A stretch of 64,000 bases of DNA, taken from positions 593,664 through 657,663 of the forward strand of contig NMRA01000223.1 of the NCBI GenBank assembly GCA_002633005.1, written 5' to 3'. The notes beneath the pieces are model-generated. The model made no database searches and was not told where the DNA came from. It saw only the letters and a program-made list of their open reading frames with translations. Numbering within the stretch: the stretch's first letter is position 1; each line of letters starts with the position of its first letter. A program made the translations under genes and the position numbers. Shown one piece after another: positions 14,512-45,568 of this stretch. Source of the stretch: Phoronis australis. Taxonomy: Eukaryota; Animalia; Phoronida.

Positions 14512-17436
14512 ATGGGAACACCGGGAACGTTTAACTTGAAGGACGTTCGAACAACGCTGATGGTTGACCGTCTCGTGCTCATGGGGCTGATCATTCTGGC
14601 ACTCATCTTTGGTGTGCTCGGGATTGTTTTGATTTACTTCTGTAAGTGTCAATCATTTGTGACGCCTATGTATTTCTAGACGACAGAACGTGCATTCTCT
14701 TTAAATTCAATTCTTGGTTTTGCTTTTGTGGGCTATATCTTTACATTTTAAGATAATAATTAATCGATTTCTATTCTCGAAATTGTTGTGTTCAGTAATG
14801 TCATGCACACATACCCGAAATGAGTTCCGAGAATCGGGGTCTACAGGTATAAGACAATATCAGGTATTTCTTTATTAGTTAGCCAGGAAATTTTGAGAAA
14901 AAACGAAAACGAGGTTACATGTTGAAAAGGTTCTACTGACCATTGCCCCATTTTGAAAAATTGTGACTACATAATGAATGATAAAAGTTCGCGATAAATG
15001 TTTTTACACAATTGACCTTATTCCACTAGTCTGTCATTAAGAGAACGACCATTCATGCAAAATAGTAGATGAAGAGCACCAATTGTAATAAAAAAGTTGA
15101 GCAATTTCTCCTAAGAAATAGCGTTGGTGACTTGTTTTTCAGTTACTCCCATATCCTGTCACGTGAGGTACTCGGACAACTTTGTTGCGGATACAAGAAA
15201 CCTCACTGTATCTTTATCGGACGTGACGTCATACTGCTGGACCAAGCTTCGACCATATTACAACTACACTGAGCCTCGCCAGTTCGTTAATGGTTCCTAT
15301 AACAGAAACAATTTAACTCTACCACTGTTTTACTATAAGAACGTCACGTTGCCGCGTGATGGAAAGCAACTTCCGCACAAAATCTTCCCAATTTTACTCG
15401 TTTGTCAGGCATTCTCCTTCGCATTACCATTCCTCATTTGGCACATGTTATTAGCAAAGAAGTTAAAACATGATATACATGCAACTTTTACGTTCATGGA
15501 CAACTTAACCACTCTGTGCCAAAAACAAGATCAGGGAAGCCAAAAGGTAAACGACGACACCTTGCGGAGGGAAGCCGAAAATTACCTCGAATACATCGTG
15601 GATCTATTTGACTTTAGAACGCGTAAATATTTTGTATGGTACGTTGTCAAATGTGTCATTTATTTACTATGGATAATTGCGTGGATGATTGGGTACACGT
15701 TTCTTGTTGAGAACAACTTCCCAGACATTTTTCAGCAACAGTTTACTTGTCTATATGACACGTCTACAGAAAGTTTAATGACATTAGCTCGCTGCTCAAT
15801 TGAGTATTCAATTGTTTTGTTGGTGTTCTGGTCCTTGACCATTGTAGTATTAATGTTGGTGTTTATTGCAGTGGCTTTTCATTTATTCTACGACTTCTGT
15901 ATGCCCAAGTATTACGAGCACACCTTTTTCTATCGGAACGTTCCCGTTGCCAATGACTACCGGGTGGCCCAGCAAATGAACTCACTGTTTCCTCAACGTT
16001 TCTTTCACTTCATGTCCATGTTTTGTGAGGCAAATGAAGATCTTTGTGCAAATCCGGGAATAACAAAATCAATGTGTCGCAAATATGAATTGCTTTATGA
16101 CGAAAGTTCAGATTCGTACTATCGTCGGAGTAATGTCAAAGGTGTTATTTTGGGTTCTGATCAAATCGATCAGATGGAGACATCTAAACAAGCGTCGACC
16201 GAAAACGGCAATTCGTGCATTGGGGGAAGTAAACGTGCGGATCCCACGACAGAAAATGAAAGAGTTCATTCAATAAGTAAAGCAGACGTAGAAATGGCTA
16301 CTTACAGAAAAATAAGGAAAGGGCAACGCACCGAAAAAGACATGGATCGACGCGAAGCTGACGAACGTGGAAGAACCGGAACTGGTTGTTCTTCTGGTTA
16401 TCACACGGATGTTTATAGTAAACCCGAGAATGACGCGTTAGACAGGGGTTTAAACAGAAGAAAGGACAGCTTAAATAAAAATAAGTTTGACAAACCAACA
16501 ACAAAACAGCACGGAAATGTCTCAAAAAGAAACAAATCAAAAGCCCCTAAACCGTACTCAAAGGTTGGACAACCAGCACGTATTTATCCCAATGACGGTT
16601 ACTACGAAACAGTACCTGTAGGACGTTCCAAACGAGATCGTCTGCCTCCGATAAACAATAAAAATGGCCGATCGCTTGTTGCACCAGAAGTGAAAAATGG
16701 AAAACCTATTTACGATCACAGTGGCATCAACGCGATACTCCTTGGGTCGTCACCAGACGGCGATGTACAACTTCCTGTTGTGTACATTTCCGACCTGTCA
16801 GACAACGAGTCTGGACGTCGTGCAAGCGACAATAGACGTCGTGTACCTACCATAGTCGTGCAACGTCCCAGCAGAGGGAGTCAGAGGGACCGCAGAGACG
16901 ATCCAACTATCACAGACCCCAATTTGACAAATGATGATAAAACTAGTGCAGGAGAGCAAGAGATAGGCGTGGACTCGGATGAAATCTCCAACGAAAGCGA
17001 TTTTGTTACACCAAGGACACAGTTTAACGAAACAGGTGACCGGAATAATGAGCCGAACACGTACGAAAACAGTTTTATTCCTGGACATAGAAGCGGGAAA
17101 ACGCCGACAATAACGGATACAAAAGGACCTAACGAAGAAGAACCAGGTGTACTACCGTCAAATCAAGTTGGTCATCGTTTGTCACCTGTCATTTATGAGG
17201 AACCGTTCTCTGCTGGCAACTCGCCATATCCATTAAAACAACGTCCCAGAATACATCATCGGTCTAAGCAGCTCTTCGATGGTTATGACACTGGTGAAGA
17301 TGACGCCGTTTTTTCCGATTCCGATGCAGAGGGTTATCCAAAGTTCAGACGCTGTTCAAAGCACGAGGGAGAAAATTATTTGAGAAACTTTGAAAAACCC
17401 AAGAAAACGTCATCGGTCAAAGTGTGGAGGCCATGA
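14512..17436 (+). CDS. Pannexin-like large-pore channel (innexin/pannexin superfamily), 807 aa, 2 coding exons
   Basis: Exon 14512-14641 (ATG...TTC T|GTAAGT) plus exon 15143-17436 (TTTTTCAG|TT ACT CCC...TGA) gives 2424 nt in frame. Four TM helices. First extracellular loop PISC...SYCW; HKIFP...LPFLIW entering TM2; second loop FTC...RC; long hydrophilic C-terminal tail. Confidence 0.85.
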
Positions 17437-17592
17437 TATCTACAACATGGCTGTCACAATAGAAGACAATTTTCTATTGATGAATGAGTTTATTGTTTCA
17501 CTGATTATTGAAATTGTTATGGTAATGATTATAAAACTTGATGGCCTTGCAACAATATGCAGTAAAATGAGAATGTTGCCTATTCTATTTGC

Positions 17593-17605
17593 AATAAATT
17601 TTATT
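17593..17605. terminator. Back-to-back polyadenylation signals (AATAAA on +, AATAAA on -)
   Basis: Sequence AATAAA-T-TTTATT lies in the 191-bp gap between the convergent stop codons at 17436 (+) and 17628 (-). Confidence 0.6.
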
Positions 17606-17627
17606 TTGATATAGAAACCTCAATATT

Positions 17628-35434
<17,807 letters not shown>

Positions 35435-36282
35435 ATTCGTGTAGCAACAGGTTGTTGTGGAAGTAACGATATCAGTGAACAGCTAGGAATGTTTACACAA
35501 TAGATATATCATTTCATGTTGCACTTGATCATTAATACGCCATCAGGATTGTCTAGGTCGTCGACCAGAGTAAGACTACATGTACAAGGTCATTTTCTGG
35601 ATCCGGGCCTCGTTCTATACAGTGGTCTAAGAAATTTACCTGTAAGAATAATGGAAGGTAAAAAATAAATTCGTATGTATTGAGAGTGTTCAGGGTCAAA
35701 CAACACCTCTCCAGTCCTATTTATCATTAACATTCTATTCTTCAAACGTTCCAGTAGCATTTTAGATCATAGAAAGTATCATTCATTCAGGTGGAGCAAC
35801 TGATGCGCAAACTTTTTTACAAAACACTCCAAATTTTGAAACCTCGCGATAATATTTCTTTGGAGTCACCTTGCCCTTTTTGATCATAGTCTCGAACCCA
35901 TAATTCATCAATAGAGCCTGGAGTAGATCTCGAAAACGAGGCCATTTAGTCATATTTGTTACCGCACCTACATGTAGCAACAATCTAAATTGTATCATTA
36001 TTTCAACATTTCAATTAGTTTCTTTTCTCTCATATGGTGTTTTCTAAAACACAAGTTTGTTCATTTGATATTCAATACATGGTGTTCTTTTTATATAACC
36101 TTTACGAGATACAGGTGTAGAAAATAAAGTACACATTAGTACTGTAACCAACGGGTGTACCTCGATTGGTCTGAGCAGTGGTCATGGTGAACCACAGCAT
36201 TTTACATGTACTTAACGCATATCATTTGAGTTATGGCGTGCTTTTTTGTTCGACTGATTTAAAACTACGTAACGTTCCTTAC

Positions 36283-36417
36283 CTTGATAGTATTCCATTT
36301 CCGTTACCGTGTTAACTCATAGACAATACGTACACGCGCCATTTTTAATTTCCAATTTTAGTGTTGAGTCACTGATGGTTTCAATGTTTTATCTGGTAAA
36401 GGAAACAAAATCTTATA
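36283..36417 (-). promoter_or_regulatory. Tentative TATA-like box and 5' non-coding exon of the GH31 gene
   Basis: Minus-strand TATAAGA at ~36411-36417, donor AAG|GTAAGG at 36283, and an acceptor-like TTCCTAG about 50 nt upstream of the ATG. Inference only. Confidence 0.25.
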
Positions 36418-38826
36418 GCGAAGCTACGAGATTATGAGATTTAAAGCCGTACAGCTGTAATTCTAATTTTGTTTCTAGGTAGCGCAGAGGAAACTCGAGT
36501 TTGAATTAACCGGTTGACCTCATACTGATTGACCAATCAAGGACCTAATGTCAAAGATCTTACATGTATACGTTACAATGTACGTCGCCTCGAACAGAGT
36601 GAAGCTGCAACTGTCAGCGCCACTACACCAGAGTAATTTCTGAAGTTCGGCGTCACCTTTAGGCATGTCTGTATTCAACTTCCGACCACAGCAATTACAA
36701 TGAGGCTTTGACCAAACACCAGACGGGAGAAGCGCACACAATGAGCTCCAATAGGAGACTTTTCATTGGTGCTCTGTGAAGTAATGAGAGCACGAAAGGG
36801 ACTTCCGCTTGATTCCGACTCAGATTCATGGTGGATAGAAATTTAATTACTACGCTGTGTATAATGATTTACCGTGCAGGTGGCCTGATGTCATTTGCGG
36901 TGCATCAGACGAGCGCAGACCTCATGTTTGGGCCCATTGTACAAAACTCCTGAGCTAAAGCACGAGAAAACCATTATGGTTCTTCGTGAAGGAAGTGTTC
37001 AAGTCTGCCAGTCTCCTTTAAGAAAACAGACAGACGTTAATATAAAAGCAGTGGAATAAGTTCCACTGTCAGACCCTCCCATTGTTTGATTAGTTTAAGT
37101 TGACTAATTTGTTTACTTATTTGACACCGGGCTGGGATCGAAATTGTACAGCTGTAAATTAATACATGCTATTAGGGACGGAATCTACTTCACAGTACGA
37201 AATTTATGGGACAGTAGTAGAAATTTGCAGGCGTTAAAGGTGTAAAAACGTTGTTTATACCAACAGGTTGAAATCTCGTGTCCGCGTTACATTGGATCTG
37301 TAGGTGGCGCTGAATGCTTGTCCCTCGAAGACCTGATCGCCGTCTGGCGGTATAGTGAATTTCAATATGGCGCGGTTATTTTGACATTAAGGTATTGGGC
37401 TTCAGCAGGTGCGCATAAATTGGTGTTCAGACATAAACGTTTCCCATCGCCAGCGACAAGTAAAACACCAATCATTTTGGGACCCCGGCGTCTTTCACGT
37501 ACACCGTAAGTAATACAGAAGGAACATCTCTTTTATCACAACTAGCTTCAACAATACATGTGTAGCGGGGGGCAGAAATCTTTTCGGACTAATATTCATT
37601 AGGTCACGTGATGTGACTAAAAAGATGGCGTGCTGAAGGAATGAATTGTTCACAACACTGAAACACGCCTCACTGAAAAAGATATATTTATAAATGTATG
37701 TGTGAATTCAACAATTCTTCGTTCCCCCATGTCGTTTCGTTATATTACATTTCATAGACAAAAAGACGTTGTTCGGTTATTGTTTTTTTCCGGGTTTATC
37801 TGAAGTTAGCCCATCAAGTTAGCGTCAATTGAACCCTCTCTCCCTTTCCCTCCTCCCCTCTTCCTGACTCTGTCTTCATTCCCATACCTTCCTTCTAATC
37901 TTGCCCTGCCTTGCACAAACAACATTGGATTTATACCACATACTGTTGTGACATAGTCTCAAAGTGTTCCTTGGTGAAACTGGAGATCAGGCTCTCTAAG
38001 TCGATTTGACACGGCGTGTCATTGTATGTACGAGCCATGGTGTCAAAGAATAAGGAACTGACAGTTCTTTGGAAATCCCCCAATCACTTCTCATCCGAGT
38101 ATAAGAAACAAGTTAGGCCATTTTACATGTATTTAGTCGCTTTTGGTGATCTTAGACAAAAGTTCGCTAATAGATGGAACCTGGTTTTATAACCGTTTTA
38201 ATATAAATAAACGGTCACGTGATTACCAATAAAGTTTAGGTGTAAAGATTTTAATAGGTGTTCCATAACATTTTATTTTACTTCAATTTTTATAATTAAC
38301 ATGTACTTGAAAAGCGCCAATTTTAATGTGTAAGTTATCAAAGCCGTACTTCCTGCGCATGTTGAATCCTGTTATATGTAGTTCCGAGTTGCCAATTAAA
38401 ACGGGGATGGTACCAGTGCACTGTCCTCTTTCTTTCTAAAGAAAAAAGGCTCAGAGCTTTCACAGCTCCTACATGTGCATGGCATTTAAGGGGTGATTTT
38501 AACTCGCACGTTTTTATCGCTGGAATCGAATGGACCTAAAATGCAATATCTATTTCACAAGCGCCTTAAGTTTGCTTTTTGATTAATTTCCTCCGCTGTT
38601 GTTATCGTACAAGTGAAGCATGTGCACTCGATTTCACATACCCAGATAGCAAATAATATAGATATATTTAACCAGTCCTTGATTGTTTGGATAGCCGATT
38701 AAAGTAATCGACTCAGCGAGTTAGTCTGATTAACGTGGACTTGTGTCTCGCGAATGGGGACTCTTTCAAGTAGAACACAAGCATATAATATTACTGAGAG
38801 TGAGCATTGGTCAAAAGCCTTTGCAC

Positions 38827-38978
38827 AGGGTCGGATCCTGGATTTTATAAGGGGGCCGGATCACGGATTTTTAAAAAGGGGGTCCAGGTCAACAAAATTG
38901 AAAACTTTAGATTTTATATCACTAAAATCAAGAGAAAAAGGGGCCCTGGATCCCCTTGACCCCTTGGAACCGCCTATG
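38827..38978. mobile_element. Short hAT-like MITE (CAGGG-CGGATCC family)
   Basis: Starts CAGGGTCGGATCCTGG and ends CCCCTTGGAACCGCCTATG. A similar element lies at ~57226-57386. Confidence 0.45.
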
Positions 38979-39529
38979 TTACAGCTCTGAAGTGAGTGTC
39001 TTTCGCGTTTGGGACAGCAGTACGCATTGTACCGGGCACGTTTAGTACCTTGTGCCCCATTGCATGAAAAAATCCCAAGAGGGACTCAACAATAGTCTCC
39101 AATTGGTCACCGTATGTGAACTTTGGGAACTCACAGATGTTATACATGTAGTTGTCTAACAGTTTATATTCATTGTGAGCTCTTCCTTTTAAATTACATT
39201 TTCTAATGGTACAAAGTGTGAAAACCCAGCCAATATTTCTGAGAAAATAAGTAAGGAGTAGGTACTCTTTAAATTAAGGACGTTGAGTGGAAAGGTTCCC
39301 GTTTATTTCAACAGTGTTACGAATTAAAAATAGAATTTTTTCTTGATGTGTATAGAAGCTAAAACTTAACAATAAAGACAAACTAGCAGAAAAAATGTAG
39401 TGTTACAGAAAGTCCACAAACGCGATGAAGCTTTAGGGAACATAGTTGAGTCCCTAGTAGGACAGTTACATGCAGCCGAGCACTAGCGTCTTTTCAACGG
39501 TAAAAAACAAGTTGCAGCGTCTTGGTTAA

Positions 39530-40141
39530 TAGTCAGGTTCACTATGTCTAAATTTTGACATTCGTTGAATTTTTTGGGGGAAAGTGGAAACTATACATTT
39601 TTGTAAACCTCATGGAACGACAAATCAGAAAATAGTTGATTCCATTTTTGGCGGCCATCTTGGATTTTCAAAAATGGTGCCGGTAAAATGGATTTTGCCC
39701 AATATCTCCGCTTATGGGTCACTTAGAATGTTGGTTTTATGGCTACACCTGCATTTCTGTGGTCAAGGAATTGGAAATTTCAATTTTTGGGGGCCATCTC
39801 GGATTTTTAAAAATGGTGCCCGGAAAATACATTTTCCTCAGTATCTTTGCTCATGGGTCACTTAGAATAAAATCAAAATTTCCTATTCATTGACCTCAGA
39901 ACTGCATGTGTAGCCATAAAAAACTAACATTCTCAGTGACCCAAGGGCGGATATATTGGGCAAAATCCATTTTACCGGCGCCTTTTTTGAAAATCGAAGA
40001 TGGCCGCCAAGATGGCCACCGAAAAAATGGACTCAATTATTTTCTGATTCGTCATTCCATGAGGTTTCCAAAAATTATAGTTTCCACTTTCCCCAAAAAA
40101 TTCCAACGACTGTCAAAATTTGGACATAGTGAACCTGACTA
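39530..40141. mobile_element. 612-bp palindromic MITE, Academ-like (TAG...CTA termini, 3-bp TSD)
   Basis: TIRs TAGTCAGGTTCACTATGTCTAAATTTTGACA / TGTCAAAATTTGGACATAGTGAACCTGACTA, with inverted similarity extending over 200 bp. TSD TAA at 39527-39529 and 40142-40144. Confidence 0.85.
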
Positions 40142-41089
40142 TAAGTGCTTATGTGGATGACGAGACATCTGACCCCCTATAGCTCACGCAATGATATGAT
40201 CAAGCTAAATTTAGCTAAAAACGTTGTTACTAAATCAGCGAAACGATTTTCATAGCTTCCCAGTTCTTTTAGGCCATCCTGTGAAATTACTTACTTGCTG
40301 ATTGTCAACCACCTGGCTAAACAGCCATGAATTCTGGAACAAATGAGAATAAAGGATTCATCATTCATTCGCTTACGTTATTGTTTACAACTGCCAAGAC
40401 AATTTTGCAAATTAAAATAGATTTGAGCAGTTTTAAGAAGTTCAAAATTCAACAGATTTTAACTCAAAGTGATACTTGAACACAACAACTGGCAACAAAG
40501 GAAAATTTCACCTTCTTTCCCGGTATAAACACGCATTATAGTAAAAGGTCGACCGTCTGATTTTCACACGGCGAAACATTTCAAGGTAACAATTATCTGT
40601 TTGATGTTAAGAAACGATGACGCCGAATAAAGTCATATCCTCGAGGAAAACATGACACCTATTTGCACCAGTCACCCGACAATGTGATGGGTAGCTTTGG
40701 CGAAACATAAATGAAGGCGACAGTCACGATTTAAGTGCGTTTAATTAGACGGCTTGGATTAAAGGTGTCCTTGCCATGATGTTTCTTTATTTTCAATGCT
40801 ATAGTGAACAACAGGGCACTGTCTACCAGTCAAAAAATCGCCTCGAAAATCATAAATCAAGAATTTGACTTGTTTATTCAGAAGCATACTGATGACGGTA
40901 TTCGACTTATTTCTATACATGTACATCTCGGTTTTAAGTACATGTGCAGGTAGTGAATGGCAAAAGTGTCGTTAAACCATAATTCTTTGAGGAAGTACAT
41001 GTATAATGCCGCACCGTTATCACATTACTCATGGATATTACCGGACTCCGTACGCGCGACTTTGCGAAGAATGTAGTCGAAGGCACATC

Positions 41090-41368
41090 TCGGTACGCAG
41101 CAACAGTGTGGCATTTTGACTAACTCGTAAACAAAAGCAAACGACGACCGAACTTATCACAACCGAGAGAGCACAATGACTGACTCGGCATCTCTCACAG
41201 TCAGACTATATGAAAAAAATCTGGTGGGGAAATTATTGCCTCCCAAAACGTCACGAATAATTAATTGAATTACGAAAAGCTGTAATTAACTGAAAAATAA
41301 GTCTGAGATAATCAAAGAACCTTATTTTTGCTAAAAATGACATGAAAAAATGTTGCCTTTGCCTTTAA
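41090..41368 (-). mobile_element. Terminal fragment of a Kolobok-like THAP element (same family as 61696-62366)
   Basis: ~280 bp clearly alignable to 62073-62366. It ends GCCT-TTAA and retains the start MPHCCCVP, after which the similarity ends. Confidence 0.7.
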
Positions 41369-43397
41369 GTTTAGGAATGCATTCATTACGTGCATTGTAC
41401 TAACATTCACGGGAGATGTCGTTCAGACACCGCTTTCTCAGTATATTATAACGCCGCAAGGTAAAGACAATTAGCAACAAAAAATCTATTGCGCTTCAAA
41501 AAGAGAGCTTACCTGTTCGTGACGTGAGCATATATTTTGCGGTACATAAAAGTTGGTGAAAATAAATTATATATTGCCTTAAGCCGAAGCTTTTTCTTGT
41601 ACAGTCACCGAAATCTAGTAAGCATGCCAGAAAACGTGATATTTTTTCACTAACGTAACGCAATTATGCTTCGAATAGAAGTCAGTCACGATTTTGTTTA
41701 CGAGAGATTACTTTCAGCATATCAGGGCCTCATGTTGACGTGGAATGTGGCAGAGGCTGGTGTAGAAAACATCCTCCTCCCAGATATTACCAATAGGTGG
41801 AACACATAGGTTGTGAAGTTAATTAGGAGTTTCAACTGAAACATAAACGCGTGCGCATTGTTGGGCGGCCTTTTAAAAAGGTCTACTCCAGTAGATACGA
41901 TTAATGAGGGAATTAGTCATAAAAGGTTTTTGATTTCGTCATAGATGACACACTGTACCGAACTATCAATAGTTGGATGCAAATACATTGTAATTAGATT
42001 TCAGCAAAATGTTCGCCCAGGAATTCTTAATGTTAACAATGGAGCTGACAAAACTGATATTGCATGTGGATAGCATCCCCAGCAGACGTTATCACACATC
42101 AAGTGCTCAGCATCATTCGACTCTTGCTCTCCGACCCTGCCCTACGCATAAACCTCGCAAGAGTAATTCTGGATAATTTAAGAACAAATTTAGAAGGGAC
42201 AATTCACTTGGAAACTCCGTTCTTAAACTGTTGTATCTAGTGCAAACGAAAATAAAGTACATTTCGTTACATACTTTACACAATATTTGATTGAATGGAG
42301 TTCCCAAAAACCTCTCTAATCCTACCTCTGTATATTTTTAAGCAATAAACTTCAGTTATTTCGTTGCATAATATCGGGGCTACCATTATACTAGTTTGGT
42401 AGTCACGAAAAAATTGGAAAACCTACAATATTTATAATTAGTTAAATACATATAAACCGCTGACTTCTACGTGCATGTTGTCATTTCTAGATATCAATGA
42501 AATAAGTCATGAATTTTATTTACATCTACATGTATATTCCACAAGAAGAAACCCTCGTATTATTATGGTGATCATTCATTTCGTTGTCAAACCTTTTGGG
42601 CTACTGTTGCGGCATCTGACCCCAAACGATAGACAAATAATGCGACAATAAATGTATGAGAAACTGGCGATTAAACTTGAAAAATCATGAAAGTAATCCC
42701 GTGTTCAATGAGCCTAGTTGGAAAGAAGGGTTGTTGCCAACTTAGATGAATACATTTGTTAACATGTCAAAGTTATAATGACAAGATTTCAAAGTGATAT
42801 AATATCAATAATCACAACCTGACCTATACCTCGTTCACAAATGACCCGTGAAAACGCCAGTAATGGATACTGTTGCCCATGTTATGTTACCATTGGTTTC
42901 TGGATCGCCAATGCTCCTCTTTTACGAATGTAAAGTCAGACTCACAAACAGCGTTTTCTTCGAGAAATTTCCGTCAGCGTAATCAGGCCAGCGTTATTTC
43001 GCAATTTAAAATTCATTTCTTTGAGCAATAATCCTTAAAACTGTTTATGTTAAGCTAAAATTATTTCAAGATATGATGGTACAAAACCATTCTATCTGTG
43101 ACAACTGTGAACATTTATTGAATGGTCTCATTTTTTAAAGGTGTAATAAACTACTTGAAGCACTAAGTTGGACGTGTCCGGCTAGTGAATTTACATGTAT
43201 GCGCTTATCATGAAATCTAGCGCAAACGAGTTGTCGGTTCTTCTCAAACACATACATGTACAGTGTACATCCTTCTAATGTGATTTAGGAACAATTCTGA
43301 AAAGTTTAATCAGAGAAGTAAAAATTTAATTTATTGACAAAAGATCGGTTCGTAGCACTGTCACAGTTATATGGGACTCTTGAACATGTTCTAATTT

Positions 43398-43760
43398 TGC
43401 TAAATCCGAAACATCGTATCTCAGAAATAGCGTAACGGATTCAAACGAAATTTTAAGATACTATACGCATTATGCGCTGTAGTCAAAAACGCGGTAAGAG
43501 TTGCTTTTTGAAATGTTCCATTTCGGCATGAGTGGCTATCGAAAGTGGGACAGTGTCATGAAAAAACCGTTACGTTGTACAAAACGAAAATGAAATGATA
43601 TTCTAAAAGCTTGTAACGGTGTTTTTGACATTTCATCTTGGACATTTATATTAAATGAAATGTCGTCATCATCTTGCACCGCTACCAATGTACGTTTCTT
43701 TGTACAAAGTTTTGTTAAAAAGACATGGTCACTTGACTTAATTAGTAAAAATCCAATTCT
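43398..43760. repeat. Interspersed repeat fragment shared with ~60690-61040
   Basis: Both copies have GCTAAAT-C-AACATC-TATCTCAGAAAT...GAAA-TTT-A-TACT...TTTT-AAATGTTC... in the same orientation and are diverged. Confidence 0.55.
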
Positions 43761-45568
43761 ACATGCTCCCTGCTTTCCGAAAATAAACGTTTTTACTGAA
43801 TTAAAATATTATTTCGTACATATTTTTCTAAACACCTAACCTTTACAATAGGGATCCTACATAACCTGTAATAAGTTATTAAAAAATTCCATGCAGAGTC
43901 AAGTAGTCGAGTTTTGTGGAAGGAGAGCGATTTAAGATTACGGAAACATAAACGTCTGCAATCATTATAAACATTACTTGAGACCTGTGACCTGTATAAT
44001 AGAACTATGTGCAGTTCTCTCTAATTAGGTGAGGTAGGATGAACAAAAAAAGCCGTCCAAACAATCTAACTAGCTTATGCTTCAGTCAAATCAAACTCGT
44101 TCTCAGGACAACCGGCAACTCTGGCTAAATTGGTTCTCACACGTTCTTACAGTTTTCAAGATCGCATTGAGAACCACATCGGTATGACTGGGTCCCAGCA
44201 AAGATGAACTTTCTCTCCATTCTTTTATGTTTGTCTTCGGGACACCAAGCTCAATGAGCTCGTAACTAACGTATATCTCATCAATTTCAAGGCAGATAGT
44301 GACACTGGCACGTGATCATGTGACACTGGCACGTGATCATATGACCAGGCTGATTTGGATAGAAATAGGAGACCTGTGCTTTGTACCACCAATACAAAAT
44401 GTTTCTGAACCAGGAGTCCGAACCTCTTGTGCCAGTCATAACTTTTTACCATTTCTGATGCATTATCTGGAGTTCAATTGAACACAAGGAAGTGATTGCT
44501 GATTAAGTTTCTTAGATGTCGTGACTTAGTCGAAAATGAACAAACAATTAAACTCAATTTGGAGTCTCAGGCTTCATATTGTGGCCGTAAGCCCAATTTC
44601 CAGCTGACTCGAACATGATTTTTGGGTGTAAACAAACACCTGTCAAAATAGATGTATAATGATCAAACGCCATCACAAGACCTTGCGATGGTAATCAAAC
44701 TGTATAAAACCAACGGGTGCAGCCCGGTGACTGGATACTTACTTTTAATTTCATCAATTGCTGATCAATCATGATGAAGTTGCAAACTTTCCTGTTGATC
44801 CTATCTGTGTTGTTACCGTCCAACCTTGAAGGGTAAGTAAAATAAGGAAACTCTGGTCCAATGGTACATCTCTGCTGAAATTTGCAGGTCCTGAAATCCG
44901 AGAGTTTTGGAATTTGTGTGTCTCGTACGTATAACAACATTTCTGGGACAAAAAATCTGCTTGTTATCGTCTGCAGCGACTTTCTACTCAACAAGCAGCG
45001 CTATCTGTAAAGGCCATAATTTTGTTTGGTAATTTGGTTGTAGATTTTTTTCTCAATACAGCGAGTTTGGTTTTTTGATGAAACACGATGCCACCCGGCG
45101 TCGACCGAATGGCTCAGTGGGAAAATTTACAGTCGCTAACTTGCGTTATAAAAGATATAGGCGTCAATTAGCTTAATCTTCGTGTAAAATAACTTATGAA
45201 GTAGACATTCAATTTGCCTCGGCTAGATAAATAGAAATATCTTTACATTATTTTATACAATCATGCGTTATTTCTTTGAGGGCAAGTTTCCCAAACTAAG
45301 AAATCAAATAGAACAGCAGCGTGTTGCATGAATCAGTCTCAGATAAAAACTTTGTTGTCCAAATTTTCAGCGCATCTTTGGGCTTTGTGCAAACACCGAG
45401 TGCCTTTTCCGCTATTGTATCTTCATTCCTATGTCAAATTCTAGCTTTGATGCATCACGAGAGTAAATTCTACTTAAAAATTTTAAAGGCAATGAAAATC
45501 AACAGAACTTCTTATGCAACTACAACGTCCTTAATTTCAATAGAATAAAAGTTAAGTATCAAGTGAAT

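Noticed and set aside
15124-15142. ORF-track start of the 770-aa ORF
   Set aside because: Non-ATG start lying in the intron. The coding exon begins at 15143 and TM1 comes from exon 14512-14641.
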